From Chloroflexota bacterium (lineage in GTDB: Bacteria > Chloroflexota > Limnocylindria > Limnocylindrales > CSP1-4), in contig JAYUDR010000015.1 of assembly GCA_043739665.1 (NCBI GenBank), positions 1 through 43,501 on the forward strand: a stretch of DNA of 43,501 nt, in the 5' to 3' direction. The position numbers and the translations under genes are program-made. Shown piece by piece: positions 25,761 to 35,268 of this stretch (positions within the stretch are counted from its first letter, which is position 1; every line of letters starts with the position of its first letter). Below the pieces are notes generated by a model. That model was not told the DNA's origin. It saw only the letters and a program-made list of their open reading frames with translations, and made no database searches.

Positions 25761-28085
25761 ATGCGCTACTACGAGCCGGCCGGTGTTCAAGCGGTTCTGG
25801 ACGGTCTTCTGGCCGAGCCTTCTTTGTCGAGTGGGGTCCTCCACCACGCCCACATGTCGGCACGCCCGGCCGACTTCGTTCCGATGCCGGATTGGCTAGA
25901 CCCGCGTCTTACGGCCGGCCTGGCCCGCCGTGGCGTGACGGCCCTGTACCGCCATCAGGCCGAGGCGATGGAGGCCGTTCGGGCTGGCGACGATGTCGTG
26001 GTCGTCACGCCTACAGCTTCGGGCAAGTCGCTGTGTTACCTAGTGCCCACGCTGCAGGCTCTGGCGGATGACCCAACCGCCCGAGCCCTTTACTTGTTCC
26101 CTACCAAGGCCCTCGGCCAGGACCAGGTGACCGAACTCGGAGAGCTGTGCCGAGCGTCAGACCTGCACATCAACGCCTCAACGTACGACGGCGACACGCC
26201 CAACGCGATCCGGTCCGCTATTCGCTCGGCGGGCCAGGTCGTGGTCACGAACCCGGACATGCTCCACGCCGCAATCCTGCCTCACCACACGAAGTGGTTC
26301 CAGCTCTTCGAGCAACTTCGGATCATCGTCATAGACGAGCTGCACACGTACCGCGGCCTTTTCGGCTGTCACGTGGCCAACGTGCTGCGCCGCCTGCTGC
26401 GCATCTGCGCCCACTACGGCTCCCACCCGGTGATCGTGTGCTGCTCCGCCACTATCGGGAATCCGGGGGAGCTGGCGGCTTTGCTGACGGGACGCCCGGC
26501 GCGTGTCGTGGACCGGAACGGCGCGCCGTCGGGCGAGCGCCACATCCTGATGGTCCAGCCGCCGCTTCTGGACCGCGCCACCGGCGCGCGCGGATCGGCC
26601 CAGATGCTCGCCACCCGGTGGGCGCTCCCATTCCTGAAGGCAGGACGCCAGACGCTCATCTTCGGCAAGTCACGGATGGGCGTTGAGCTGATGCTCTCCA
26701 ACCTGCGCGAAGCGCTGCGCCTGGGCGATGGACCACGGGCAAGAGTCCGTGGCTACAGAGGCGGTTACCTACCGACCGAGCGGCGAGCCGTGGAGCGCGG
26801 CCTGCGCGACGGCGAGTTGCTGGGCGTGGTTACAACCAACGCCCTTGAGCTGGGCGTGGACGTGGGCCAGCTTGACGTGTCGATCCTGGCCGGATATCCG
26901 GGTTCGATCGCCGCCACCTGGCAGCAGATGGGCCGCGCCGGCCGCCGCCAGGGCACGAGTGTGTCGGTGCTCATCGCCGGCGGTGGGCCGGTGGATCGGT
27001 ACGTCGTCGAGCATCCAGAATTCCTGCTCGACTCGCCGCCGGAGGAGGCCCGCCTCGATCCGGACAACCTGCATGTCCTGTTGGGCCATCTCAAGGCGGC
27101 CTGCTTCGAGTTGCCATTCGAACCGGGTGAACGATTCGGGACCATGGAAGCGGCCCCCCTGCTTGCATTTCTGGCCGAGGAAGGCCTGGTGCGTCAGGCG
27201 GGCGACGATCGCTGGTACTGGTCGAGCGATAACTTCCCTGCCTCGTCAGTCTCTCTGCGCACCGCCGCCGGGGAGAACGTGGTGATCATCGACACGACGC
27301 CGGATCGGCCGCGAGTCATCGGCGAGGTGGACATCTTCGCAGCCCAAACGCTCGTTCACGAAGACGCGATCTACCTGCACGAGTCGGCCCAGTTCCATGT
27401 CGATAAACTGGACTGGGACGAGCGCAAGGCCTATGTCCGCCGGGTCGACGCCGATCACTACACCTACGCCGATCGGGCGGTCACGCTCAAGCCCCTCGAG
27501 ACGTTCGCCTCGGCTCCGGTGGCTGGTGGTCACAGCGCTCATGGCGAGGTCATGGTCTCGAGCCTGGTCAGCATGTTCAAGAAGCTCAAGTTTGGGACCG
27601 ATGAGAACCTGGGCTGGGGCCCGATCCACCTGCCGGAGATCGAACTCCAGACGACCGCCTACTGGCTGATGCTCGGATCCGCGGCGGAAGGGTGGCGCCG
27701 AGCAGATCTGGACGTCGCACTGCTCGGAGTCGGGCGGGCCATCCAGGCGGTGGCGGCCGTCCTGCTGATGGTCGACCCACGTGATCTGGGTCTGGTCAGT
27801 CAGGTCCGCTCGCCTCACAACGGTTCCCCCACGGTGTACCTCTACGAGGCGGTCCCCGGTGGCGTCGGCCTCTCGGAGCGACTCCACGACCGCCACGGCG
27901 AACTGGTCGCGGGTGCCGCCGATCTCATCGCTGGATGCGGCTGCCTGAGCGGCTGCCCGGCCTGCACGGGGCCGCGGTTGGAGCCCGAACTAAACGCCAA
28001 GGCTTTGGCATTGCGGTTGCTGGCGGCACTGCACCCAGTGGACTCAGCGGCAGCGCATACGGCGGTGCCGGAAGCGGCCGCATGA
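25761..28085 (+). CDS. mrfA: DEAD/DEAH-box helicase with C-terminal DUF1998/MZB domain (MrfA/YprA-like)
   Basis: LYRHQAEAMEAV...VVVTPTASGKSLCY (motif I). VIDELHTYRG (DExH). TNALELGVD and QQMGRAGRR (motif VI). C-terminal Cys cluster CGCLSGCPACTG. The ATG at 25761 is preceded by GAGG. The track ORF starts at 25656. Confidence 0.88.
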   Translation: MRYYEPAGVQAVLDGLLAEPSLSSGVLHHAHMSARPADFVPMPDWLDPRLTAGLARRGVTALYRHQAEAMEAVRAGDDVVVVTPTASGKSLCYLVPTLQALADDPTARALYLFPTKALGQDQVTELGELCRASDLHINASTYDGDTPNAIRSAIRSAGQVVVTNPDMLHAAILPHHTKWFQLFEQLRIIVIDELHTYRGLFGCHVANVLRRLLRICAHYGSHPVIVCCSATIGNPGELAALLTGRPARVVDRNGAPSGERHILMVQPPLLDRATGARGSAQMLATRWALPFLKAGRQTLIFGKSRMGVELMLSNLREALRLGDGPRARVRGYRGGYLPTERRAVERGLRDGELLGVVTTNALELGVDVGQLDVSILAGYPGSIAATWQQMGRAGRRQGTSVSVLIAGGGPVDRYVVEHPEFLLDSPPEEARLDPDNLHVLLGHLKAACFELPFEPGERFGTMEAAPLLAFLAEEGLVRQAGDDRWYWSSDNFPASSVSLRTAAGENVVIIDTTPDRPRVIGEVDIFAAQTLVHEDAIYLHESAQFHVDKLDWDERKAYVRRVDADHYTYADRAVTLKPLETFASAPVAGGHSAHGEVMVSSLVSMFKKLKFGTDENLGWGPIHLPEIELQTTAYWLMLGSAAEGWRRADLDVALLGVGRAIQAVAAVLLMVDPRDLGLVSQVRSPHNGSPTVYLYEAVPGGVGLSERLHDRHGELVAGAADLIAGCGCLSGCPACTGPRLEPELNAKALALRLLAALHPVDSAAAHTAVPEAAA

Positions 28086-29431
28086 CCGTCGATGGGACCA
28101 GGCTGGGGCGCCGGCTGGAGGATCTGCGCCGAGACAGAGCTGCCCTCGTGCGGACCCAGCGGAGCAATCTGACCGAACAGACGGATCGTGCGGGCGAAAC
28201 TGACCCGGACATCAGGCGCAAGATTGCCGCCATCGTTGCCGCCGGGGATGCGTACGCCCCGCCCCGGCCGGTGTGGCAGGGTGCGGGCGCTGTGGACGCG
28301 GCGGCTCTGGCTCGGCGCCTCGCCCAGGCCCTCGACGGAGACGCGGTCGAGACGCCCCATGGCTGGTATGTACGGCGGGAGTTGCGGCCGGTTTACCTCC
28401 CCATCGATCGGGCCAGACTGGCGGGCCTGCCCCGAATGCCGGGCCCGAATGCTCCCCTGGTCTGCCTGGACACCGAGACGACCGGCCTAGGAAGCGCCGC
28501 CGGCACGGTCGCATTCCTCGTCGGCCTGGGCTGGTGGGAAGGCGATAGGCTGCGTCTTCTCCAGCTCGCCCTGCCGGATCACTCTGAGGAAGGGGCCCTG
28601 CTGGATGCGCTGACGGACCTCATTCCGAGCGACGCCTGGCTCGTGACCTACAACGGCCGCGCCTTCGACTGGCCACTACTGGAAACGCGCTACCGCATGG
28701 GGCGCCGCACGCCTCCAGCGCTCAACGGACATTTGGACCTTCTGCTGCTCGTTCGAAGCCTCTTCCGTCACCGCCTCCCAGACGCGCGGCTCCAGACCGT
28801 GGAACGCCACCTGTTGCGTCGGCACCGCGCCCCGGACGTGCCGGCCTGGGAGATCCCGGCCATCTACCACTCCTTCCTGCGGGGTGGATCGGCCGCGCCC
28901 ATTCGGGTCGTGGCCCGCCACAACGCCGAGGATGTGGTCACGCTCGGTCGGATCCTCGCCCACCTGGAACGTGGCTACGGCGAGGGCGAGACGCGCCGCT
29001 GGGCGCCGCCGGGAGACCTGGTCCGCCTGGCTCGCCTGTTTCGTCACGAGGCCCGCTTTGACGAGGCTCTCAGCTGCCTTGAGACCGCCGGCGGAGATGT
29101 TGTGGCGGGCGATCCAGACGTGGCCATGGCCACGGTTGAGCTGGCCCGGCTGCTGCGCCGCTGCGGGCGGCCGGTCGACGCAGGCGTGGCCTGGAGCCGA
29201 CTCGCCACCGCGCCCGGGCCACTCGCAGCTCTCGGCTGGATCGAGCTGTCCAAGGAGCGCGAGCATCGCGAGCGCGACCTGGCGGGAGCATGGGCGGCTA
29301 CGGACGAGGCCCTGTTAGCGTTGAGTCGGGCTCGGGGTCACGGCAACGCAATGCAGCGGCGCGCGCTGGAGGCCGATCTCTGGAAGCGGCGCGCGCGCCT
29401 CGCTCGGCGACTTGAGCGGCTGAGCCTCTAG
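28082..29431 (+). CDS. mrfB: RNase H-fold (DEDD-like) exonuclease, YprB/MrfB-like, with a helical-repeat C-terminal region
   Basis: LVCLDTETTGL...VTYNGRAFDWPLLETRY...HNAEDV exonuclease motifs. The C-terminal Ala/Leu/Arg-rich helices look TPR-like. The ATG overlaps the mrfA stop (ATGA). Confidence 0.8.
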   Translation: MTVDGTRLGRRLEDLRRDRAALVRTQRSNLTEQTDRAGETDPDIRRKIAAIVAAGDAYAPPRPVWQGAGAVDAAALARRLAQALDGDAVETPHGWYVRRELRPVYLPIDRARLAGLPRMPGPNAPLVCLDTETTGLGSAAGTVAFLVGLGWWEGDRLRLLQLALPDHSEEGALLDALTDLIPSDAWLVTYNGRAFDWPLLETRYRMGRRTPPALNGHLDLLLLVRSLFRHRLPDARLQTVERHLLRRHRAPDVPAWEIPAIYHSFLRGGSAAPIRVVARHNAEDVVTLGRILAHLERGYGEGETRRWAPPGDLVRLARLFRHEARFDEALSCLETAGGDVVAGDPDVAMATVELARLLRRCGRPVDAGVAWSRLATAPGPLAALGWIELSKEREHRERDLAGAWAATDEALLALSRARGHGNAMQRRALEADLWKRRARLARRLERLSL

Positions 29432-30291
29432 GCCGCGGGCGCCGCTGATCGCAACCGCTCAGCCACTTGGGCACGCGTGGGGACGCCGGCCAGACCCACC
29501 TCCTCAACCGCGCACGAAGCCGCGGCCGCGGCGAAACGCAGCGCCCGGGACGTGGCCGGCTTCCCCGTCACAAGCCACGCGGCCATCAGGGCGGCCAGGA
29601 AGACGTCGCCTGCGCCGGTCGAGTCCAACATTTGGTTTGTGGCGACCCCCCGATACCGGACCACCTCGCCGCCCCGCTGGGCAACGCCTCCCCCGGCCCC
29701 CGCCGTGAGCACGATGGCGGCCTCCGTCGCGAGCAGACGGAGACGCTCCAACTCCATTCCTGGCCTCAGGTCGTCCAGGCTGGCGCAGACCAGCCCGGCA
29801 GCACGTAGGAGCGCGTTCGGCCCCGGGTCAACGCGCCTGACCGAGCCATCGTCGGCGAACTTTCTCAACATCCCCTGCGCGCCCACGGCGATGCGGGCAC
29901 CGGACGCGGGGACTCTCGCCCACCCCTCGCCGATCTCCCCGGCCACCGGCACCAGGAGCCAGCCGGCCGCCCCGAGCCACGCGCCAGGCAACGCCGAAAC
30001 TGGGATCTCGTCGCTCTTGGAGAGCCAGCGCTGGCGCCGATGGCCATCAATGTTCAGGTTCTCGAAGACCGGACCGCGGTCCAACCGCACCAGCCGCAAC
30101 TCCACACCAGCATCTCTGAGTAGGTCCAGCTCGGCGGCATCGGTGGCCTCGCCATCGACGCCCAACAGGCAGCCGACACGCAGCCCCAGGCGAGCTGCCG
30201 CCAGAGAGCAGTAGGTGGCCGCGCCGCCAAGTCGCCAGCCACGCGGATCGTCCGGGGCCAGGTCCCGCGACGCAGCACCTACTACCACCAC
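29428..30291 (-). CDS. PfkB/ribokinase-family carbohydrate kinase
   Basis: C-terminal motif DSTGAGDVFLAALMAAW. N-terminal VVVGAASRDL. GTG start. The stop overlaps the convergent mrfB stop (CTAG). Confidence 0.8.
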   Translation of the reverse strand: MVVVGAASRDLAPDDPRGWRLGGAATYCSLAAARLGLRVGCLLGVDGEATDAAELDLLRDAGVELRLVRLDRGPVFENLNIDGHRRQRWLSKSDEIPVSALPGAWLGAAGWLLVPVAGEIGEGWARVPASGARIAVGAQGMLRKFADDGSVRRVDPGPNALLRAAGLVCASLDDLRPGMELERLRLLATEAAIVLTAGAGGGVAQRGGEVVRYRGVATNQMLDSTGAGDVFLAALMAAWLVTGKPATSRALRFAAAAASCAVEEVGLAGVPTRAQVAERLRSAAPAA

Positions 30292-30372
30292 GTCAAGGCG
30301 GTAGCCCGAGTCGTGGGGTGATGGAGGGTATACTCGCCCGGTTTCCAGCTGGCACCTCCTTGGAGTCGAGCC

Positions 30373-30747
30373 GTGTTCTATTACGAACTTCGCGAAGGTG
30401 ACGATGACGTCTTCGCCGAGCTTCTTCTCGCCCGCGAGGACGAGATGTACCCCGAGTCATTCTTCGAGCTTGTACAGTCGATCCGCCACCGCGTCCAGGA
30501 CACATTCACGCACGGGACGCTAATTGAGGCGATCGCCGAGGAGCTCGAGCAAGACCACGAGTTCATTGCGATCTCTGACGAACGCCTGACAGCTTCGGTG
30601 AACGTATCGACTGCCGATGCGGACAACTTCCTAGGCAGCCTGGATCCCGACGAGGATGACGAGTCTGACGAGGATGACGAGTCTGAGGGAGCCGACTACC
30701 GCGGCATCTTCGTCGACTTCCCCGGCGACGATACCCGGCCGAACTGA
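30373..30747 (+). CDS. Small, extremely acidic hypothetical protein (124 aa)
   Basis: GTG start with GGAG 7 nt upstream. 38 Asp/Glu versus 7 Arg and no Lys (hand count). No signal peptide or TM segment. Contains DEDDES x2 from an 18-bp repeat. No family recognised. Confidence 0.5.
   Translation: MFYYELREGDDDVFAELLLAREDEMYPESFFELVQSIRHRVQDTFTHGTLIEAIAEELEQDHEFIAISDERLTASVNVSTADADNFLGSLDPDEDDESDEDDESEGADYRGIFVDFPGDDTRPN
30649..30684. repeat. Perfect 18-bp tandem duplication GACGAGGATGACGAGTCT x2
   Basis: Read directly. It encodes DEDDESDEDDES in the acidic protein. Confidence 0.9.
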
Positions 30748-30794
30748 GATCGCGCCGGGCCGGTGAGCACATCGGCCGGGCCCGAACCCGCCGC

Positions 30795-31898
30795 CTACTT
30801 GCTGAAGAGGATCTCGACGACGTCGCCGTCCTTGACGGTGTACGTCTTGCCCTCGGAACGGAGCTTGCCGTGCTTGCGCGCCTCCGCCATGGTCCTGAGG
30901 TTCAGCAGATCCTCGTACTGAACAACCTCGGCCCGGATGAAACCCCTGGCCAAATCGGTGTGAATGGCGCCGGCTGCCTCCACGGATGACGAGCCGTCCG
31001 GGATCGGCCAGGCCCGAACCTCGTCCGGGCCGGCGGTCAGGAACGAGATCAGGCCTAGCAGTCGGTAACTGAGATGAATTACCCGTGCCAGACCGGACTC
31101 CGCGATTCCGAGTTCGTCCATGAAAACGGTGGCTTCTTCCGACTCGAGCTCGCCCAACTCCATCTCGATTTTGGCGGAGAGCGCATCGACGAGCGTCTTG
31201 GCGTGCTGATACCGAGCCGCAATGCCGTCGACGATCTCGGCCTCGCGCGGCAAATCGGCCTCACCGACGTTGAGCAATATCAGGACCGGCTTCTGGCTCA
31301 GGAAGCGGAAGCCGCGAATCGCCTTCTCCTCGTCGGCGTCGATCGACTCGCCGCGAAGCGGCCGTCCCTCGACCAGCGCCGCGTGGAGCCGCGTCAGAAT
31401 GAGCAGTTCGCGGTCGTTCGACTCTCGCTCCGCAGGCGCGCCGTGGTGTCCGCTGGCCTTCAGGCGATCGAGACGCTTCTCGACGAGCGACAGGTCGGAC
31501 ATCAGGAATTCGAAGTCCAGGCGCTCCAGGTCGCGCCACGCATCGACCGAACCTTCTGAGTGGGGAACGGATGGGTCTTCGAAGGCCCGGACGACGTGCA
31601 GCAACGCATCGGCCTCGCGCAGGCGGGCCAGCTGATCGGCCGGTAGCTCTTCAGTGCCGACTCGGCCCTCGGTCGAGGCGGGCGGTGCCGCCAGGTCGAA
31701 GTACGTGACGTCCGCGTGAACGATCTTCTTGGGTTTGAAGATCTCCGCCAGCCTGTCGAGTCGCTCGTCCGGAACCTTCACCGTTCCGACGTGCAGTTCC
31801 ATGCCGCCGTAACCGCCGGTCTGGGCATGGCCCCGGGTAAGCGTGTTGAAGACTGTCGTCTTCCCCGAGCCGGCTAGCCCGACGATGGCGATCTGCAT
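30795..31898 (-). CDS. ychF: Obg-like ATPase YchF
   Basis: P-loop MQIAIVGLAGSGKTTVFNTLT. C-terminal YchF/TGS-like domain GFIRAEVVQYEDLL...GKLRSEGKTYTVKDGDVVEILFSK. GGAGGAGG lies before the ATG. Confidence 0.85.
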   Translation of the reverse strand: MQIAIVGLAGSGKTTVFNTLTRGHAQTGGYGGMELHVGTVKVPDERLDRLAEIFKPKKIVHADVTYFDLAAPPASTEGRVGTEELPADQLARLREADALLHVVRAFEDPSVPHSEGSVDAWRDLERLDFEFLMSDLSLVEKRLDRLKASGHHGAPAERESNDRELLILTRLHAALVEGRPLRGESIDADEEKAIRGFRFLSQKPVLILLNVGEADLPREAEIVDGIAARYQHAKTLVDALSAKIEMELGELESEEATVFMDELGIAESGLARVIHLSYRLLGLISFLTAGPDEVRAWPIPDGSSSVEAAGAIHTDLARGFIRAEVVQYEDLLNLRTMAEARKHGKLRSEGKTYTVKDGDVVEILFSK

Positions 31899-31989
31899 GT
31901 GCTGGTGGCCTCCTCCAAGACGTTCGGTGCGGTGCCCATGCTAGTCGGTCACACCGCAGCGGGCGAACGGAGCGCTGGGAACGGCAGAG

Positions 31990-32964
31990 CTAGTAGCCCA
32001 GAGCCGCGTCGACCACGTGCAGCAGCTGCTCACCGGCGCGATACCGGCGCAGGTTCTCGCAGAAGACGTCCAGGGTGCGACCCAGGGCTTCTGCGCTGGA
32101 CCAACTCGTGTGGGGCGTCACGATGCAGTTTGCCAACCGGTAGAAGGGCGAGGATTCAGGTAGTGGCTCGTCTCGGAACGTATCCAGAACCGCGCCCCCT
32201 ATCGGGCCGGAGCGCAGAGCGCTCAGGAGCGCCCGCTCATCCACGAGTCCACCACGCGCGACGTTGATCAGCCACGAGCCGGGCTTTGCGGCCGCCAGCG
32301 CGGCGTCGTTAATGAGCGCCTCGGTCTCGCCGGTCAACGGCAACGCCAGGACCACCAGGTCCGAAACGGCAAGCAGCTTCGGCAACGCCTCAAGTCCGCC
32401 CAGTACCTCGACCCCGTCGACTGGGGCGGAGTCCAAATGCCGCCGCAGGGCCACCACCCGGGCCCCGAAAGGCCTCACGAGCCTCGCCACCTCGGAGCCG
32501 ATGCCGCCAAGGCCGATCAGCCCGATCGTTTGCTTGCCGAGTTCCTGGGCCTCGAGAGGCTGCCACGTTCGCTCGCGCTGCAGCTCGAGCAGCCCGGGCA
32601 GTCGCCTGCAGATCGCCAGCATCATCGTCAGGACGTATTCGGCGATGGGCCGGTCGAATACGCCCCGGCCGTTCGTAACGGTCAGGCCGCGCAGCAGAAC
32701 GCAGGGCGTCAGAACGGACTCGACGCCAACGGACACCGAATGAATCCAGCGCATCTTGGGCGCCCGGCCAACCAGTCGATCGAGCGGATCGCCGCCGAGC
32801 GACCAGCCTCTCAGCAGGACCTCGACTTCATCGACCGACTCGTCGGCATACCCCTCGGCATCGACTGGGATCAGCTTCGAGCCGGGCGCCGCACCCAGGA
32901 TCATGTCGCGCATGTGTCCGAAGGCGTCGCGGCCGGTGAGGACCGGGCTGATGGCAATTGCCAT
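31990..32964 (-). CDS. D-isomer-specific 2-hydroxyacid dehydrogenase family, NAD-binding
   Basis: GKQTIGLIGLGGIGSEVARL (GxGxxG). LINVARGGLVD. IVTPHTSWSS. I prefer the ATG at 32964 (MAIAISPV...). The track ORF extends to 33033. Confidence 0.8.
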   Translation of the reverse strand: MAIAISPVLTGRDAFGHMRDMILGAAPGSKLIPVDAEGYADESVDEVEVLLRGWSLGGDPLDRLVGRAPKMRWIHSVSVGVESVLTPCVLLRGLTVTNGRGVFDRPIAEYVLTMMLAICRRLPGLLELQRERTWQPLEAQELGKQTIGLIGLGGIGSEVARLVRPFGARVVALRRHLDSAPVDGVEVLGGLEALPKLLAVSDLVVLALPLTGETEALINDAALAAAKPGSWLINVARGGLVDERALLSALRSGPIGGAVLDTFRDEPLPESSPFYRLANCIVTPHTSWSSAEALGRTLDVFCENLRRYRAGEQLLHVVDAALGY

Positions 32965-33036
32965 CGGCGAACCGCTCGGCTCATGTCCTGGACCCGAGAC
33001 TTCGAGGCCACCTGCGCTCATTTGCCTCTCCACTGT

Positions 33037-34347
33037 TCAGACGGCTGCAGATTCAGGCAGGGGCATGACCCGTGCCAGCCAAAGTGACGGTTGGTCGATC
33101 TCCTCAGGTAACGGCAGCGTCTGCGGTCCGAGCCACAGCTTCCGCAACGCCACCGCTCCGCCGGTCCCGGCAATTGCCGCTACAAACTCCTCGCCTTTAC
33201 GGTACTGCTCCATCTTGAGATCCATACCGGTGATTCGCATCATCGCGCGCTCGAAGGACGTCCGCTGCTCACGGCGGGCATGGAACCTGGCACTGATCGT
33301 CTCGACCTCCGGCACGAGATCGCGCCCGACCTCGTCCATCATGTAATCACCGAAACCCTCCAGCAGGCTCATCACGGCCTGGATCTCGCGGAACTCGCGA
33401 CGCTGCTCATCGGCCATCAGGCCTTCCATCCAGTTCTCGCCCGAAGCGGCGCCACGCAAGGTTCGGCCGAGCCGCCCAAGGGCATCGCGGCTCAGGCCTG
33501 ACGTGCTCGACGACAGCGATGTGAGCTGCCGCTCCAGCCGCTCCGCGAGGTACGGCCGCAGCCACGGGTGGGCCTCGAATTCGAAGGCATGCGTGGTCTC
33601 ATGCAGGGCAATCCAGGTGCGGAACGGATTCAGCGGCACATCCAGGGCCGCCGCCGTCCGGCGGATGTTCTCGTCGACGAACAACAGCCGCCCGGGAGTT
33701 GACTCGGCCGAGAGCATCGCAATATCGTACTGGCCGAGTACGCGCTGGCCCAGGAACCCCAGCAAGTAACCAACCTGGCGCGTCGTGATCACGCGATTGG
33801 CGATTGCCATCGACGCCTTTATGAGGCCGGCCCCGGGCGGGACGACCTGGTCGAGCAGGCCCGCCTCCACCTTGCTCATGAGGCCGGCGAAAGTTGCCAC
33901 ATTGGCATGCACCCAAGTCTCGCGATCAACGACCCCGCTGCGCTCGACGATGCCGGGCAGTTCTGTATCCAGGGCGCGGCTCAGGGCCGGAACAATGTCG
34001 AACATGGCCGCGGCGTAGATCGGCTCCGCTCGCCGCAACTCAATCGGATCCAGCGTGCCGGGCGCGCGATGGACCCGTCCCGCCGCCACCCGCTCCGCCA
34101 CTCGCCAGTCAATCAGGCCGCGTCGAGCGGACCGCTCGGCACGACGACCCAGCACGGTAACTGTGGCACCGGCGGCAGCGCCAACGAGGAACCCCGCCTG
34201 CAGGAACAGGTCGCGACGCCAGCTTGGCCGATTTACGCCACGTCGGGGGGCACCGGGGTCAGAGTGGCTTCGTGACGTTCCCGCCGGAATTTTCGGCGCC
34301 GAGTTGCCGGTGGCTCCCGAGCGGCCCGGGCCCGAGCTCTCGCTCAC
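33037..34347 (-). CDS. DUF2342-type zinc metalloprotease-like hydrolase (HExxH)
   Basis: WIALHETTHAFEFEAHPWLRPYL (HETTH). N-terminal Arg-rich region plus the TM-like segment LFLQAGFLVGAAAGATVTVLG. The GTG start overlaps the murI stop (GTGA). Confidence 0.7.
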   Translation of the reverse strand: MSESSGPGRSGATGNSAPKIPAGTSRSHSDPGAPRRGVNRPSWRRDLFLQAGFLVGAAAGATVTVLGRRAERSARRGLIDWRVAERVAAGRVHRAPGTLDPIELRRAEPIYAAAMFDIVPALSRALDTELPGIVERSGVVDRETWVHANVATFAGLMSKVEAGLLDQVVPPGAGLIKASMAIANRVITTRQVGYLLGFLGQRVLGQYDIAMLSAESTPGRLLFVDENIRRTAAALDVPLNPFRTWIALHETTHAFEFEAHPWLRPYLAERLERQLTSLSSSTSGLSRDALGRLGRTLRGAASGENWMEGLMADEQRREFREIQAVMSLLEGFGDYMMDEVGRDLVPEVETISARFHARREQRTSFERAMMRITGMDLKMEQYRKGEEFVAAIAGTGGAVALRKLWLGPQTLPLPEEIDQPSLWLARVMPLPESAAV

Positions 34348-35264
34348 AACAAGCCGGCTTTCAGCTCTACTGCCTGCACGTCCGGAAAGGCTTCGCCGAA
34401 CATCCGCTCAGCCACAGCCCGGAACAGCTCCACGTCGCCCGTGGTCAGCTGGAGATGGGTGGGCACGGTCACGGTCTCAGCCGGTGCCTCATGGCCGGCT
34501 CTGCCCGCATCGGCGGCCGTGCCCCGAGTCGTACCCGGCGCCTCCAGCGCATTTACGGAGAGCAACTCCGCCAACGACGAGGCCGTAGCGGTAGCCGAGT
34601 CCACGATTGCCACGGAATCGCCCACGGAGTGGCGAAGGATGCTCGTCAGTAAGGGGTAGTGCGTGCAGCCCAGGAGAAGCGTGTCGATTCTGGCCGAAGG
34701 CGGCAGCGGGAAAATGAACTCGCCGTCCTGGTCGCGCTCTCCAAGGAGGGGCGCAACGGCCAGCCGGACTGCCTCCTCCAGCTCGGGGCCGCTCAGGATG
34801 CCCGCTTCCACAAGCGGCACCAGCGTCGGCGTAGCGTGTTCGTACACCTCGATGGCCGGATTCTCGTCCTTAATCGCGTTGAAGTAAGCCCGCGAGCGGA
34901 CGGTTGCCGGGGTGGCAATGACGCCCACACGTCGGTTACGTGTTGCCAGCGCTGCAGCCGCCGCTCCCGGCCTAACGACGCCCAGCACGGGCAGGTCGTA
35001 GCGACGGCGGAAATCGCCCAAGGCCACGGACGTGGAGGTGTTGCAGGCCACGACGAGCGCCTTCACGTCCCGTCGTACGAGCGCGTCCAGCGCTTGAATG
35101 CTGAACCGCCGGACCTCGTCGTCGCTGCGAACGCCGTATGGCGCGCGGGCGTTGTCGCCCAGGTAGATGGTCGATTCGAACGGCGACCGTCGCAGGATCT
35201 CCCGCAAGACGGTGAGACCGCCAACGCCTGAGTCGAACACTCCGATGGGCCGTGGGTCTGACAC
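34344..35264 (-). CDS. murI: Glutamate racemase
   Basis: IGVFDSGVGGLTVLREI, VVACNTSTS and LLGCTHYPLL, which carry the two catalytic Cys motifs. Confidence 0.93.
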   Translation of the reverse strand: MSDPRPIGVFDSGVGGLTVLREILRRSPFESTIYLGDNARAPYGVRSDDEVRRFSIQALDALVRRDVKALVVACNTSTSVALGDFRRRYDLPVLGVVRPGAAAAALATRNRRVGVIATPATVRSRAYFNAIKDENPAIEVYEHATPTLVPLVEAGILSGPELEEAVRLAVAPLLGERDQDGEFIFPLPPSARIDTLLLGCTHYPLLTSILRHSVGDSVAIVDSATATASSLAELLSVNALEAPGTTRGTAADAGRAGHEAPAETVTVPTHLQLTTGDVELFRAVAERMFGEAFPDVQAVELKAGLL

Positions 35265-35268
35265 CGCC

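Noticed and set aside
25761-28085. DUF1998 helicase as part of a DISARM/defence-type system
   Set aside because: No methyltransferase, PLD or SNF2 genes are adjacent. The helicase is fused to DUF1998 in one polypeptide and coupled to a YprB-type exonuclease, which is the MrfAB repair arrangement.
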